From Lytechinus pictus (Eukaryota), in NCBI RefSeq assembly GCF_037042905.1, contig NC_087246.1, positions 20,150,001 through 20,214,000 on the forward strand: a DNA stretch of 64,000 nucleotides. The letters run 5' to 3'. Positions 41,101-52,763 of the stretch are shown one piece after another; within the stretch, counting starts at the first letter, position 1, and each line of letters opens with the position of its first letter. The position numbers and the translations under genes are program-made. Below the pieces are notes generated by a model. That model was given only the letters and a program-made list of their open reading frames with translations. It was not told the origin of the DNA and ran no database searches.

Positions 41101-44100
41101 GGTCTTTCATATTTCATAAGATGTTCCACAGGGCTTTATAAATGATATGTTCACTCTCAGTTTTCATCGAAGATAAATGTTGCAGCCTTGAAAATCTTTC
41201 ATTAAAAAGAAAAAAAAAATTATATGTTTGAAATATGTCAGAAGTCTGTGGCAAATCTATCCTACACTGAATGCATTACATCACAGTGAGGTTAAAGGAG
41301 AATGAAACCTTTAGAACAAGATAGCCTGCGTGAAAACAGAAAAATCTAAGAAACAGATCAACGAAAGTTTGAGAAAAATCGGAAAAATAATGAGAAAGTT
41401 ATCAGCATTTGAATATTGTGATCACTAATGCTATGGAGATCCTCAAATTGGCAATGCGACAAATATGTGTGATGTCACTTGTGAACAACTCTCCCCATTA
41501 CTTTAGTATATATTTCACTTAAATTGTCCCTTTTATCACATCTACCAGTAGACCATTGTGTTCTTTCTATAGGAGGGCATGTAATACAGATTTTCAAAGA
41601 ATACATCATGGATAAAGAGTTTGTATCACCATGAGAAAAAGCAAAAAGAGACATTTTGAGGGTATTTTATAGTCCTTCGAAGGGAAAGTTGTTCACATGT
41701 GACATCACACATCCTTGTCGCATTGCCAATTGGAGGATCTCCATAGCATTAGTGATTGTAATATTGAAATGCTTATTACTTTCTCATTATTTGTCCGATT
41801 TTTCTCAAACTTTTTTTGTTCTTATTCTTTGATTTTTCTGTTTCAACACAAGCCTACTTGTTCCAAAGATTTCATTCCCCTTTAAGGACGGAATTCAGAG
41901 GTGGTTTGTAAAACCATCGGTTGAATCCATGGTTTAAAAAGACTTCCTGTATGAATTACGCTTATTTACCGTGTATATTAAAAAGATGTCCAATGCTGAT
42001 ACGCGATTTTGTCACAGTGCGCCAAATTGACGCCTAATGCCATAGTAAAGTATGCTATTTTATTCACGAGTCCACTGTTTGAAGAGTGGACTCATTCATT
42101 CAAAACAGTGGACTCATGAATGTATTAGCGTAAATAACCACGGCGACAGGCGTCAATTTGGCGCACTGTGACAAAAGCGCGCATAAGCGTTGGACATTTT
42201 TTAATATGCTCGGTAATTAGGTGTAATTTTATACTGTAAATCTGCAATAAACCATGCGTTCAACCGATGGTTTTAAAAACCACCTTTGTGAATTTGGGCC
42301 TAAATGTGTCGTACAAATACTAGTTCTTAATTTCTAAGGTTACAATTACCTTTCACCAGGGTCATGTATCACAATGCTTAGTGTCTGATTATGTGATTGA
42401 GTTTAATGATTGATTGCAGGTGATGGTAAATGCAATCAGTAATCAAAATTTGTTCTACAATCCATTGCTAAGCTTTTATTGTATGAGTCCCAGTACAGAT
42501 TTTATAAGGAAGCACAATTACAGATACCGATCAACACACAACTCACTCCCGATGGTCTTTTGAACTGTTCCCCTATTTGCCTTTCACTTCAGCCACAAAC
42601 TTATGGATATCTTAAAGTAATGTTAAACATAATGTACATGCAACTCAAGAGCATGGAGTATATGAATAATAATAATAACGTTTTATTCAGTAGCGGACCG
42701 TGACCCGGAGGAGACAAAGCATTTGAGGGGCACTGTATTGTTTGTGAACAATGTTGTGCCCCTCCAATGCTTTGTCTCCTCCGGGTCACGGTCCGCCACT
42801 GGTTTTATTTACCCAGGGTAGCCACTTCAGTTAGGAAACTGCTCTACCAGCGGGCCCTGCATAACGTAATATGTTACTATTACCCTTCTCCAATCTAAAT
42901 GCTGAGTGCCTAGCAAGAAGGCAGAAGGTCCCATTTTTATATGTCTTTGGTATGACTTGGCCAAGGATCGAACCCACGACCTCCCGTTCATGAGGTGGAC
43001 GCTCTACCAATGAGCCACCATGCCCGTTTTTGCAAATTCAAACCCTAATCAATCCTTTACTGATACTTGCTTTTCTCTGCTCAGCCTGACTTCTCAAAAA
43101 CGCCCCTCAACTCTGAGGAAGATGTGAATAAATGGTTGAGGTTCTTTGAGTTTAACGCTCCTCTCATCTGTTGCAGTGTATTTGTCAGCCATGATCCGGT
43201 AAGTATGTGCTGTATTTACTGTATGAAAAAAAAATACCAGTTGATTCTGGTTGAAAAACCATAATTGCTGAAAATTGAGCAAATAAGCATAGCATTTCCA
43301 CCAGGTGATTTGTCATCAAGGCAACAATGATATACATTGCAAACATGTGCTTATATATATTAGTGATTTTAATTATTATTGTTTTTCAGTTTTGATTGCT
43401 CTGTATTTCACAATGTCAGGTTTATGTAAACTTACTAAATCAAAATCTACATTGATCTGGTAATAATCAACGAACGTAGAGGGCAGCAACACACAAGCGT
43501 GTTGCTCTAAGGAAGGTCAACTCCGCTCGAATTTTGTGACCACTTTAAAAAATAAGGTGGGGTTTTGGGAAATTTGTCGAGTTGATTTTTTTTCATTTGT
43601 TAATTTCAAATATTTTTTAATGAACAATTATTAGATCGGTTATTCTAAATATAAATATTAAAAATATTACTTTTATTTTTAAAGAAAATATTTAGCTTAA
43701 ATAATCATGATTTTGACATTTTTCCTCATTTTGGAATATTGAGCCTGTAACGAGGATACCTCATATCTTTTATTTTCTTCTGCTGAATTTCGCTGCACCA
43801 CTAATAAATGCATAGACAACCACCGTAATAATCGAGGTCATTTTTCTGGCCTGGGTGCGCCGAGTCTGGGCCGGTCGCGCAGCTAGCTAGTGACGTTGAT
43901 GATGCGCTGGGGCTTCAGGCGACTCGTCATAGATCTAGCAACTTAGACAATGACGTCTAATTTGCCTGGCCTGATTTGAAGTGTAATGGCTTCAGGGCTG
44001 ATGTTTATCAACGATGATTGTTCAAGGTTAGATTTCAAATTTTAAATGTCATTTGACTTTTAAGTCTATAAATCTGAAATAAAGGCGCTGTATCCCCGAA

Positions 44101-45451
44101 ATCCGGGTCTAAATTTCAACTCTGAGTCCGAGACCATGGCATGGACGGCGAAAAAACGACCCATGCATCGGATGCATTGCATTGGCTGCGCGCTGCGCTG
44201 CAGCTGCACTGTGATGATGGGTTCAGCGAAGAGCTCAGAGAAAATAAGGTGGTTATATTCAATCCCGAAATGCTTTGCGAGTGGTCACAAAATCGTCTCG
44301 ACGCAAATCACCTAATACAGCCGTCTGGTGAAATCGCTGATAACAACAATCACCGATTTGGTAATGATTTTAGTTTCCTGAAACTTATATTTGTAAAGTT
44401 TTAAATATCAAAGTATGTTTTTATATGTAAGTATATTCCTCAACATATTTTTTAAGTTATCTTTTATATTGTTGTAGTCATATTCTTTCATATTCGTTTT
44501 TTGATCGCTACTAATTTGTTGTTGTATTGGATCGACATTTGATTTCGTTGGCATGAACAATAAAATACGCGCGCAGCTCAGCTGCATGCGCGTATCGAGT
44601 TGACCTTCCTTATAGCAACACGCTTGTGTGTTGCTGCCCTCTACGTTCGTTGGTAATAATCAACCTTGATTTTAAAGACTTTCTCATGAAATTATTGGTT
44701 GCTGCATTTGCTTGAGTTTAGTGTTAGTGATGAATACCTGTTCCACTGTTAAAGCCCATGTTCTATTTGCAACTCTTGCCATGAATTGCAAGTTTCTTGC
44801 TTTGGGCAGAAATAAAAATTTTCTTAGTGGTATCACATTATCACCTACAGATCTGTGTCAAGTTCTCTTCCTGTTTTTAGTGATACTGTAAAAGTACAGC
44901 AGGAATTATTTTACTATGCTCATGATGTGATGGCGTGTCATGTTGTTTACATGTCCTTCTACCCAATTGGCTTCCATTAGGATTTTAATGGATATGTGTA
45001 CTAATTGATAAGATCAGCAAAAAAGAAATTTAATTTAAAATTTCTTCCCAATCTTCAAAATGTCACCTTTTATCCAGTCCTCTCAATGATGTTGCAAGCA
45101 ATTCCTGATTTAAATTGATGCCTGCAGTACAGCTCTCCACTGCACTGATAGATCAAGAAATTATTTTTATTTTCATTATTATTATTATTATATCAACATC
45201 ATCATCATCAACATCATCGTCATATTCATCATCATCATTATAATACTTGTTTATCTTTATATTTCTTTTATTCAAAGGGTATGGATCTGAGAATAGAGCA
45301 CACGCATTGCTTTAGCCATCATGGCCAGGGAGGTCATTACCACTACGACGTGACCCCGAAGACTGTTTCCTACAGAGGTTATTTCGTACCAGCCGAGTGG
45401 ATGTACAGGATAGATCCTCCACAAGAGACACATAACATTGGCCGAGACTAG
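29162..45451 (+). CDS. C11orf54: C11orf54/PTD012 (DUF1907) zinc-dependent enzyme homolog; 8 exons, 317 aa
   Basis: Exons 29162-29234, 32698-32796, 33929-34002, 37954-38055, 39070-39234, 40689-40841, 43085-43198, 45278-45451 (954 nt). Family motifs: VVDCPDLT, DVGGVPYL, GAGAGPF, PLNSEEDVNKWL, DLRIEHTHCFSHHGQGGHYHYD (Zn-binding His residues) and the C-terminal IGRD. Confidence 0.95.
29602..30778. mobile_element. Truncated copy of the long palindromic element, interrupted by an insertion
   Basis: Starts CTTGAGGACTCCATGATGAT and is colinear with 30928 onward once 29902-30586 is removed. Confidence 0.75.
29902..30586. mobile_element. Non-autonomous DNA transposon with TAGGGTGTCTG termini
   Basis: TIRs TAGGGTGTCTG...CAGACACCCTA, flanked by a 7-bp direct repeat ACAATAG. 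The equivalent empty site is visible in the sister element at about 31230. Confidence 0.8.
30928..31879. mobile_element. Near-perfect ~950-bp palindromic (foldback) element
   Basis: CTTGAGGACTCCATGATGATG...CATCATCATGGAGTCCTCAAG. The arms are complementary for more than 400 bp up to an AT-rich centre. Confidence 0.9.
32173..32493. mobile_element. Degenerate Harbinger-like MITE
   Basis: GGGCCCGTATTACGAAGACAGTTTAA...TTAAACCCCACTTCAGAAGATGAG imperfect TIRs. Confidence 0.5.
33520..33776. mobile_element. hAT-like MITE
   Basis: CACTGGTGGATCCAGG...CCTGGATCTGCCCCTG with an 8-bp TSD TTCTGGAT. Confidence 0.85.
34500..37672 (-). mobile_element. 5'-truncated CR1-group (Crack/Daphne/L2-like) LINE with disrupted ORF2, antisense in C11orf54 intron 3
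   Basis: RT motifs KAAGYDG, KIAKVVPIYKKG, NYRPISLL, FGFR, FLDYSKAFDTIDH, GVPQGSLLGP and LFADD. Frameshift at about 36866-36870 and a MITE inside the RT. The 3' UTR ends in AATAAA plus (ATTC)n at about 34500-34526. No endonuclease domain or ORF1 is present. Confidence 0.92.
35995..36588. mobile_element. Kolobok-like MITE inserted in the LINE RT
   Basis: TTAA|AGGGGAATCCA...TGGATTCCCCT|TTAA. Removing it with one TTAA restores NGVKSSMQSITCGVPQG in frame. Confidence 0.92.
41296..41881. mobile_element. Kolobok-like MITE with long (~200 bp) TIRs
   Basis: TTAA|AGGAGAATGAAA...TTTCATTCCCCT|TTAA. Confidence 0.88.
41886..42300. mobile_element. Harbinger/PIF-like palindromic MITE
   Basis: Long TIRs (GGTGGTTTGTAAAACCATCGGTTGAA / TTCAACCGATGGTTTTAAAAACCACC), ending GGGCC, with TAA on both flanks. 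Confidence 0.8.
42665..43026 (-). mobile_element. tRNA-derived SINE
   Basis: Minus-strand head TGGCTCATTGGTAGAGCG (A box) ... GGGTTCGATCC (B box), a non-tRNA body, and an AATAAA plus (ATT)n tail interrupted by a MITE. Confidence 0.8.
42688..42801. mobile_element. 114-bp hAT-like MITE inserted in the SINE tail
   Basis: About 45-bp TIRs CAGTAGCGGACCGTGACCCGGAGG... and an 8-bp TSD GTTTTATT. Confidence 0.9.
43468..44652. mobile_element. P-element-like non-autonomous transposon
   Basis: About 56-bp near-perfect TIRs CAACGAACGTAGAGGGCAGCAACACACAAGCG... and an 8-bp TSD GTAATAAT. The superfamily is inferred from the CA..TG ends and the TSD length. Confidence 0.85.
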
Positions 45452-47626
45452 ATGGTCCATGACTTCAGTTGACAGATTACATGCCTATCAAGGAATATGT
45501 AGATAATTTCTGTTTTTTTTACAATGAATAGATATGACTTTGAATCTTTGATAAATTATTTATGATGAAAGCCATCTCTGGTTGTGCACACTGTACAGAT
45601 GAAAAACTTAATAAACTATAAAGGGCTTTCAAGTAAACCATGTTTTACTCTTGATAGGGCTCCCTTGTTGAAATAATTGAGATGGATAGAAATATATAAA
45701 TAAATAGGAATCCACCGAAGTATGTACTTAGTCTTGGTATCAGCTATGCCTTATGTGAGATCTTTTAGCTGTTCTCCGGATCCCTCATCATTTGCCTATG
45801 CAGAAAGTTGAGGTACACCAGCAAAATAAAAAGAAAAATAAGCTGAGTGGGATTATTGCTATTAGTCATGGCAAAAAGTGGCCGACACATTTTAAAGATG
45901 CCTTAAGTGAATATTTTCTCTTTCAGTACTGAAAGTATTGATTTACATTACTTAATATTTCAATATTAAATCTGTTTACAACTAAAGATTAGTTGTATCT
46001 GATTGTTTGCAACTACTTTTTGTCTTTTTCAGCTAGAATCATGAACACAAATTTGATTTAATTTTTAAGCCCCATCTTTTTCTTCTTCCTTGTGAGGCAA
46101 CCATAATTAATTAGCTGATTATTATTTCAAGAAATTAGAGGGTAGTGTGTTTGAATCAGTGCTTTGATAAGTCAACTAGAAATTTAGCAATCTATAAACA
46201 TCTTGATTAGATTGAATTTGATATTATTTTTTAATTTGAATGAGATATTTTGCAAGGTATAGATATATGTATTTAAAATTATGAATATGTTCTGAAACTT
46301 CACAATTTTGTCCATCATAATTATTACCTATGAGTACATATTGGTTAAATGTTCTGAACTTATTATCAAATCATGATTTCTTGTAACATGTTGCTAACCA
46401 TTGATTTTCTGTCACAGTTCCTGGTCTCATAAAGCTTATCATTTGATGACTAATGTGCTCTCTACCAATCAGAATACACCATTTCAGTAGCTTATAACAG
46501 AAGCTTTTCATTTGTGGTGGATGAGAAATTTCATGAATAGGACCCAAAACCAGATGATATGTATATCTATATATTCATGTCATATGATATACTCCTTTGT
46601 AAACACACCAAAACTCGTAAGATAAATCCTATTAGGTTCCTCCATTGAATAGTATTGTGTGCTAGAATGTGATACATTTTAAAACTAAAATCAAGATGAT
46701 GTTCTATCTTTCATAGAATGAATGGTGACATGCATGTTAAAATGTCAGGATTATTTTTTTTACCCCTAGGTTGCAGGCACTTCCCCAAGGTTTATGCATA
46801 TTGCTGAGTCTGAATGTAGAGACTAGATTCACTCATTTACCATGGCTACTCAGTGAATTTTTGGTCTAGTCTCCATCCTACCATGGACCTATTACAATAG
46901 GTCCATGATCCTACACAATAATTTGTAACAGTGTCAAATTCTAGTCTGTGTTTGCAGACTAAAGTTGTAGCGTAGTAATCTTTGGATTATAATGTTTTTT
47001 TTTAATAATTTTATTGTTTTTGGTGATAATTGTTAGGAGTGAAAAATACTTCTTATTGAAATGAATATGTTTCTGATATGATTGCATTGTGTGTGGACCA
47101 AAGAGTGTGTAAATTGTATTCTATATTTTTCAAGATCTGTAAGATAAAAAGCATATTATTTTTGCATGAAAAAGTGACAATAGTGAATTTGATTCTCTAG
47201 ATTTGTTACTGATTTTGTGTTTATTTTATTACTTTTGTGTTCCTTTTTTCTCAGAATTCATGGAATTAAGAAGATGACATTTTCTTCCATGTTCAAAGTC
47301 TATATTTTAATGGAGAGAAAAACAACATGTAATGTAGAATGTGTGAGGTTTTACATTTTATGATAGATTTTAGTGAAGATAACTTGTTTGAGATAATCAT
47401 GACAAGATAACAGCAATTGTAAAGTGCAATGATGCCAGTAAAAATATTAAAGATGGGGGCATTCAAGTCTGCCTCTTTAGCCCCAAATTGGTATTGATTG
47501 GCATTGTGCCCCATCCCTGTTCTGTAAGGTTCAAATTTTTCTTTAAAAAAGGGCTCTATTTTATTGTCAGAAGATTTTTTTTAAATGCTCATAAGAAAAG
47601 CATGAAAAAATTACCCACTTTTTTAA

Positions 47627-48015
47627 AGATGAATGCCAGTTGTAACGATTTCAAAATGAGTTCGAACAGAATCCAATGAAATGACAACCAAAGTGTCCTT
47701 TTGCATAAATAAAAAAATATGTGCCAAAGGATTCTGGAAGAAATTCTGTAATTGCTGAGAAATTAGCAAAATAAGCACAGGATTCGTGTCAAAAATTTTC
47801 AAAGCAATAATAAAACACTGTCCCACATGTGCTTATTTGTGTTGGGGATCTTGAGTGGGAACATTTTTTTTTTAGCTTAGATTTCAGGATTTCACAAACT
47901 TCAGTTTATGTAACTGTACCAAAATCTAGATCCACGCTGATACAGTGACAATTAGGTTTGGTTTTGCAGACTTTCTCGTGAAATCAGTGTTTACTGCAAC
48001 TGCCTTCATTTATCT
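47627..48015. mobile_element. Degenerate Kolobok-like MITE
   Basis: TTAA|AGATGAATGCCAGTTG...CAACTGCCTTCATTTATCT|TTAA. Confidence 0.65.
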
Positions 48016-48378
48016 TTAACAACAAACTTTAGTCTGGATTAAAAAAAAGCTATCTGAACCAAGTCTTCTCTTATTATTATGAAATCCTGACACAACCCCT
48101 GAATGATACAAAAGTATATAAAGTAAAATAGTGTGTGGATAGTTATAAAGTAACACAAATCTGCAATATACTGCACATATTGGCAAGATACACAACCAAA
48201 TTTTTGGAGGAATACAAAAATGTGATCTTTCTCTCGCTTTGCAGGATTATTCCTAATGTAAATGAATCACAATGTGCCTTCTTCTAATCCATTGAATAAC
48301 TTCAAAGAATTTGATTTTGTTGAAGTTTCCATAGTGTAAAGTACACACTTTATTTTTGTACCGTGATAATGATTAACA

Positions 48379-48931
48379 CCCGGGGGGGCCACTTCCATTG
48401 ACGAGTGGATACCATGCGCGACCATGTGGTCTCGAAAAGCACCCTAAACACGTAATTTCAATATTCTGAAAATGCACCCCTTAACAAGTATTGGCGTGTG
48501 AAACCCTACCCTTAACAAGTATTGGAAACAAAACGATAATCTTGGCAAATATTCCCTGAAATGAACCCCTAAACAAGTACAGGAATGTTTTATTGTTACG
48601 GGCCCTTCGGTCGTCGGCTTTACCTTATTTGGTTTAGTACGACCCCACCTTCTACACCTCGCGCAAATCGGACTCTAAACACGAAGTTTTGGGGCAAAAT
48701 GGACATCCTTTATAATACATTTTAATTTTGTTTTATCATTCCCGCAAATTCGACCCTAAACACGTAATTTTCCTAGCGAAATAGACACCATTTTTTCATT
48801 ATTTTTGTGTTTTTGACACCCTTATCACGTTACGTACGTAACGTGCCCTATCGTGAAAAGGACATCCTTTTTACGTGTTTTTTTGGTCGCGCATGGTATC
48901 CACTCGTCAATGTAAGTGGCCCCCCCCCGGG
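48379..48931. mobile_element. Unclassified DNA MITE with CCCGGG termini and 8-bp TSD
   Basis: About 45-bp TIRs CCCGGGGGGGCCACTTCCATTGACGAGTGGATACCATGCGCGACCA and TSD GATTAACA. Confidence 0.9.
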
Positions 48932-50698
48932 GATTAACAGTACAGAGCAATCGGTGATTCAGTAAATAGTCCAAGATAATTGTGGCCATGCACCACAGAA
49001 CTTCGGAGGTCAGCTTTGCTTGGCCGTCCGTTTTCAGTTTTTATTCTTTTGACCCTTTGCGAAGAAGGTACAGTTGCACTTATGTAATTCAAACATGGAC
49101 AGTCGAAATAGTGTTCTATGGGATTGTGTCAATAAAATGGGAACCAATTTATCACGATATCTTTGAGCAAATATTCAAATTGAAGCGCAGGGCTGTGGAT
49201 GTCACTCTGTAACTATAGGGAAATGAAAACTTGTCAGTAGTGATAACTTTCAGGATAATGTCCCCAGACGGTGCTTCATGGAGCTTTAAAAAAAATATTA
49301 CAAGGATTTTACATTCATTTTGAAAGATATAACATGATTGTGATTGCCAAAGATATCAGGACACACTATCATCAGAACCATTTGAATAGTCTGTTTAATG
49401 ATCTATTCAGATTGAGTAATAGTTCTTCGGAGAAAAGTCTGGGTATTCTCCATTCTCGGTTGGTTAGGCAAATAATTTTGTGACAAGTTTTTCAAAAGTT
49501 GAAAACTCCTTACTGGACCGAACCTACTACTCACTGTTACAGTCACACCAATGAAGCGGACTCCAGACTGATCATAGCTGTTACATTATTTCCAATTGCA
49601 TATCAATATTCAGATTGGAGTCAGCATGATTGGATTCACTGTAGCATGACTAACGCTTAACGAAACAATCTAAAATAGAATAGCCTGAATAGTACATCTT
49701 GATTTTTTTGGCCAACATGGGACTAATATGTCACACTAAGATTGATTAAAATATAATTCCTTGCCAAATGCCAAAACATTGAAGTGTACTACAGTATTCT
49801 TACTTTATTTGAAATTTGTTTCAATGTCATGCATTTGTTTTGTTTGAGAAGTTTAGGTAGGCATGGTAGATGGGGCAGGAGGGGTAAAACAGCTGAGAGA
49901 AAGAGGATGAGAAAAAGAAATGCAGACAATTAAAAAGAAGGAGAGGGGAAAAGAGATGCAGTAAACTTCTCTGCAAACTACCTTTGTTTTATTGTTTAAT
50001 GAACACTTAAAGTATCAATGCTCGCGTTGATTTGGTATGAAGGGTATTTTGCAATGAAGTTTGACATTGTCACCATCGTTTACTCTAGCCACGAAACAAA
50101 TACTCTGACAGAGTAGTAGGTCCATGCTCTGACTCCTGTAGGATTCTGTCTTCATGGACATCTGAATTCATTCATTGCAGTTATTGCCTTGACACAAATC
50201 AAAATTTGCCTAACAGCAACTACATGAATACGGTATCAAATTATTTTTGAAAAAAAAATCTTTCAGGAATTACATAAAAGTTGTGTTTATGACGTATTTT
50301 TTCATGAAATTGGCATTTTGTAGGTCTATTTTTTCTATTTTTATTGGTAGAGTGGGCAAGAGAAAAGGGGATCGGTGAGAGAGAGAGAAGGGAGAAGGAT
50401 GGAGAATGAATGTGGGTATAGATTGTTTCAAAATTATTGGAAGGAGGTTTTTCATACTGCCACGAAAGTAACCATTTTCAAATCACTTTGATCTTCACTT
50501 TCTTCATGATGTAACTAGGGCATACAGGCCTATATGCGCGAAATATATATTTTTTATAATAACAGCCAAAATTACAATTGAAAAAATAGATTGGGGGGGG
50601 GGGGGTGGGGGGTGACTACTCATTCCAGACGATGAATGACCCACGAATCAAGAATATTGTTAGCAAATGAATTAGTGGTACGAAACTGGGGCACAGCC

Positions 50699-51000
50699 CA
50701 CTAGCGTACCTACGGGGGGGGGGGGGCAGAGGGGGCAGTCTGCCCCCCTGACGAGCCACAACCCATGCAAGGGACGTATCCCTGCCCCCCTGACGAGCTT
50801 GAAGACCTTTATTGCCCCCCTGACGAGTTTGAAGCTTTTTTTTTTTTTTTTTTTTGCTTGTCAAATTTTTTTCTGGTACGAAATCCTTCATTTGAGATTG
50901 AAGACCTTTTTTTTTTTTTTTTTTTTTTTTTTGCTTGTCAAATTTTTGGCCGGACGGTTTTGCCCCCCCCCCCCTGTGGAAAATCCTAGGTACGCCTGTG
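50699..51000. mobile_element. hAT-like MITE
   Basis: CACTAGCGTACCTA...TAGGTACGCCTGTG with an 8-bp TSD GCACAGCC. The internal GAAGACCTTTTT...GCTTGTCAAATTTT motif is shared with 33520-33776. Confidence 0.85.
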
Positions 51001-52763
51001 GCACAGCCCTCTCGCTAACCCACGTGGGAGTGACGTCAATGCAACGTAGCAGATAAATCAACAATTAAAAAGGGAAACATTCGGGTGATTACTCGTTTAT
51101 CTCTTGTAAATTGTCGTCAAATAAACCAGATAATCTACCAAGTTCTGATATAATAAGCCATTCTCAAAATGAAAACCGCAATCCGGAACTGATATTCACC
51201 AACTTACATTATTTGTGTGATTTCTCTGATTATTTTCAATAATTTAAAAACAGAAATTGTAATTTATTCGCTTTTTTGTATCATTTTGTCATCTTCCTCA
51301 TTTAACTTATCTCGGTAAGTGAGACAATGGGAAGGAAAGGACTTGTTTGATTTTAATAGTTGCTCTGCAGTTACACACTTATGCTTCTCAGCCAAACCGA
51401 AATCAAGGACAGTTGTCAGGTCTTTCTCGTCTGGCAAAATGTTTAAATCTGGTTTTGACGAAAAGCTCTCCTTGGCCCAGAACAGTGGCCTGTCCATAAT
51501 GGTTTAAAACAACAATAACTCATGAAATTTGGATCTAGCATAGACCTAAACCGTCGATCTCTCACCAGCTATTTCATTACATCTCATTAACATAAGATTT
51601 CATTACCTTCTCATTGGTAATTAGCTAGATTACTTTACAATGTGATTTCTAATATCGTAAATATCCATATTATCACATTTGTGTCCTGGTCAAATTTACC
51701 TAGATATCAGTCCGTTGATGTTAGACTCCGCTTTGTTTCAAAGTCACCAGGAAAAGGGCCATGCAGATCTAACAAAAAAGGGATCAGATCTGAGCACTTA
51801 TGGAATTAATGTGATCTTTTTCCTGGTCTTTTTTAAAAACTCTAATCGGAGAATAATCCCAACGAAATGATGTTTGGAGCATGCTGACCGTATGGTAAAA
51901 ACACAAAGAGATTGAATGTTAAAGCACAAAACGAATGAAGTGAAACAAATATAAAGTAAGAAAATGTATTGAATGAAACGAATTAAAACTCAATTTCATA
52001 TTTTCAACTTAAATAAATTATGAAATAATCAAGGATTTTTGAACAAACACTATGAAGTATTGTTACGATACTGCAACAAATAACAATGGAAATTTAGTTT
52101 TAAATTTGATTTCCTTTTGATTTCCAATCAATCGCTGAAAGGTGATAAAATGTCTTAATAGTGAATGGTCCATGCAGTATATATGAATAGAAATCCTTAG
52201 AAATGTTTATATGAATTGTAGTCAGAGTTCTTAGTTATAAAACTTATCGATATAGAGAAGGCCAATCTATCCACATCGTTTCCTTTGCTTTCATGGAAGA
52301 GGATTACTGTTCATCTTAGAATTTATGACGTCACTGTGGTGAATAATACTCCTCTCCTATCATATTTACTCGAGACCTTAACCGCTATGCTCACAGTGAA
52401 TAACAAGGTAGAGATAGTAGTACACAAAATTATTCAACTTAATCATGGATTATCATCCAATCTAGGAAGAAAACGTTGTTAATTAGTGCAGTTAATCATA
52501 AACTTAATTCCCTTCTTGCTCAAAACGCTACCATACTGGTTATGCAATGAATGAGGCGGCTGAGAATTGGATATAAAGCCGGGTCATTTTCAAGGATAAT
52601 TCTGTAATGGGATAAAGTCGTGATAAGTTTTCAGAGACTCTTGTTTTCATAAGACAGAAACATTTGCATTACCAGTGAATTTTGCGAATACTATAAGAAT
52701 AATATCTTTAAACTTTTAGCACAATTATCCATTATTGTTCCATAGATTAATGGTACTAGATAA

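Noticed and set aside
42955-43026. tRNA gene
   Set aside because: A and B boxes are present, but there is no convincing acceptor stem and the sequence runs into a SINE body and tail.
44141-44404. Transposase fragment in the P-like element
   Set aside because: No THAP or DDE motif is recognisable.
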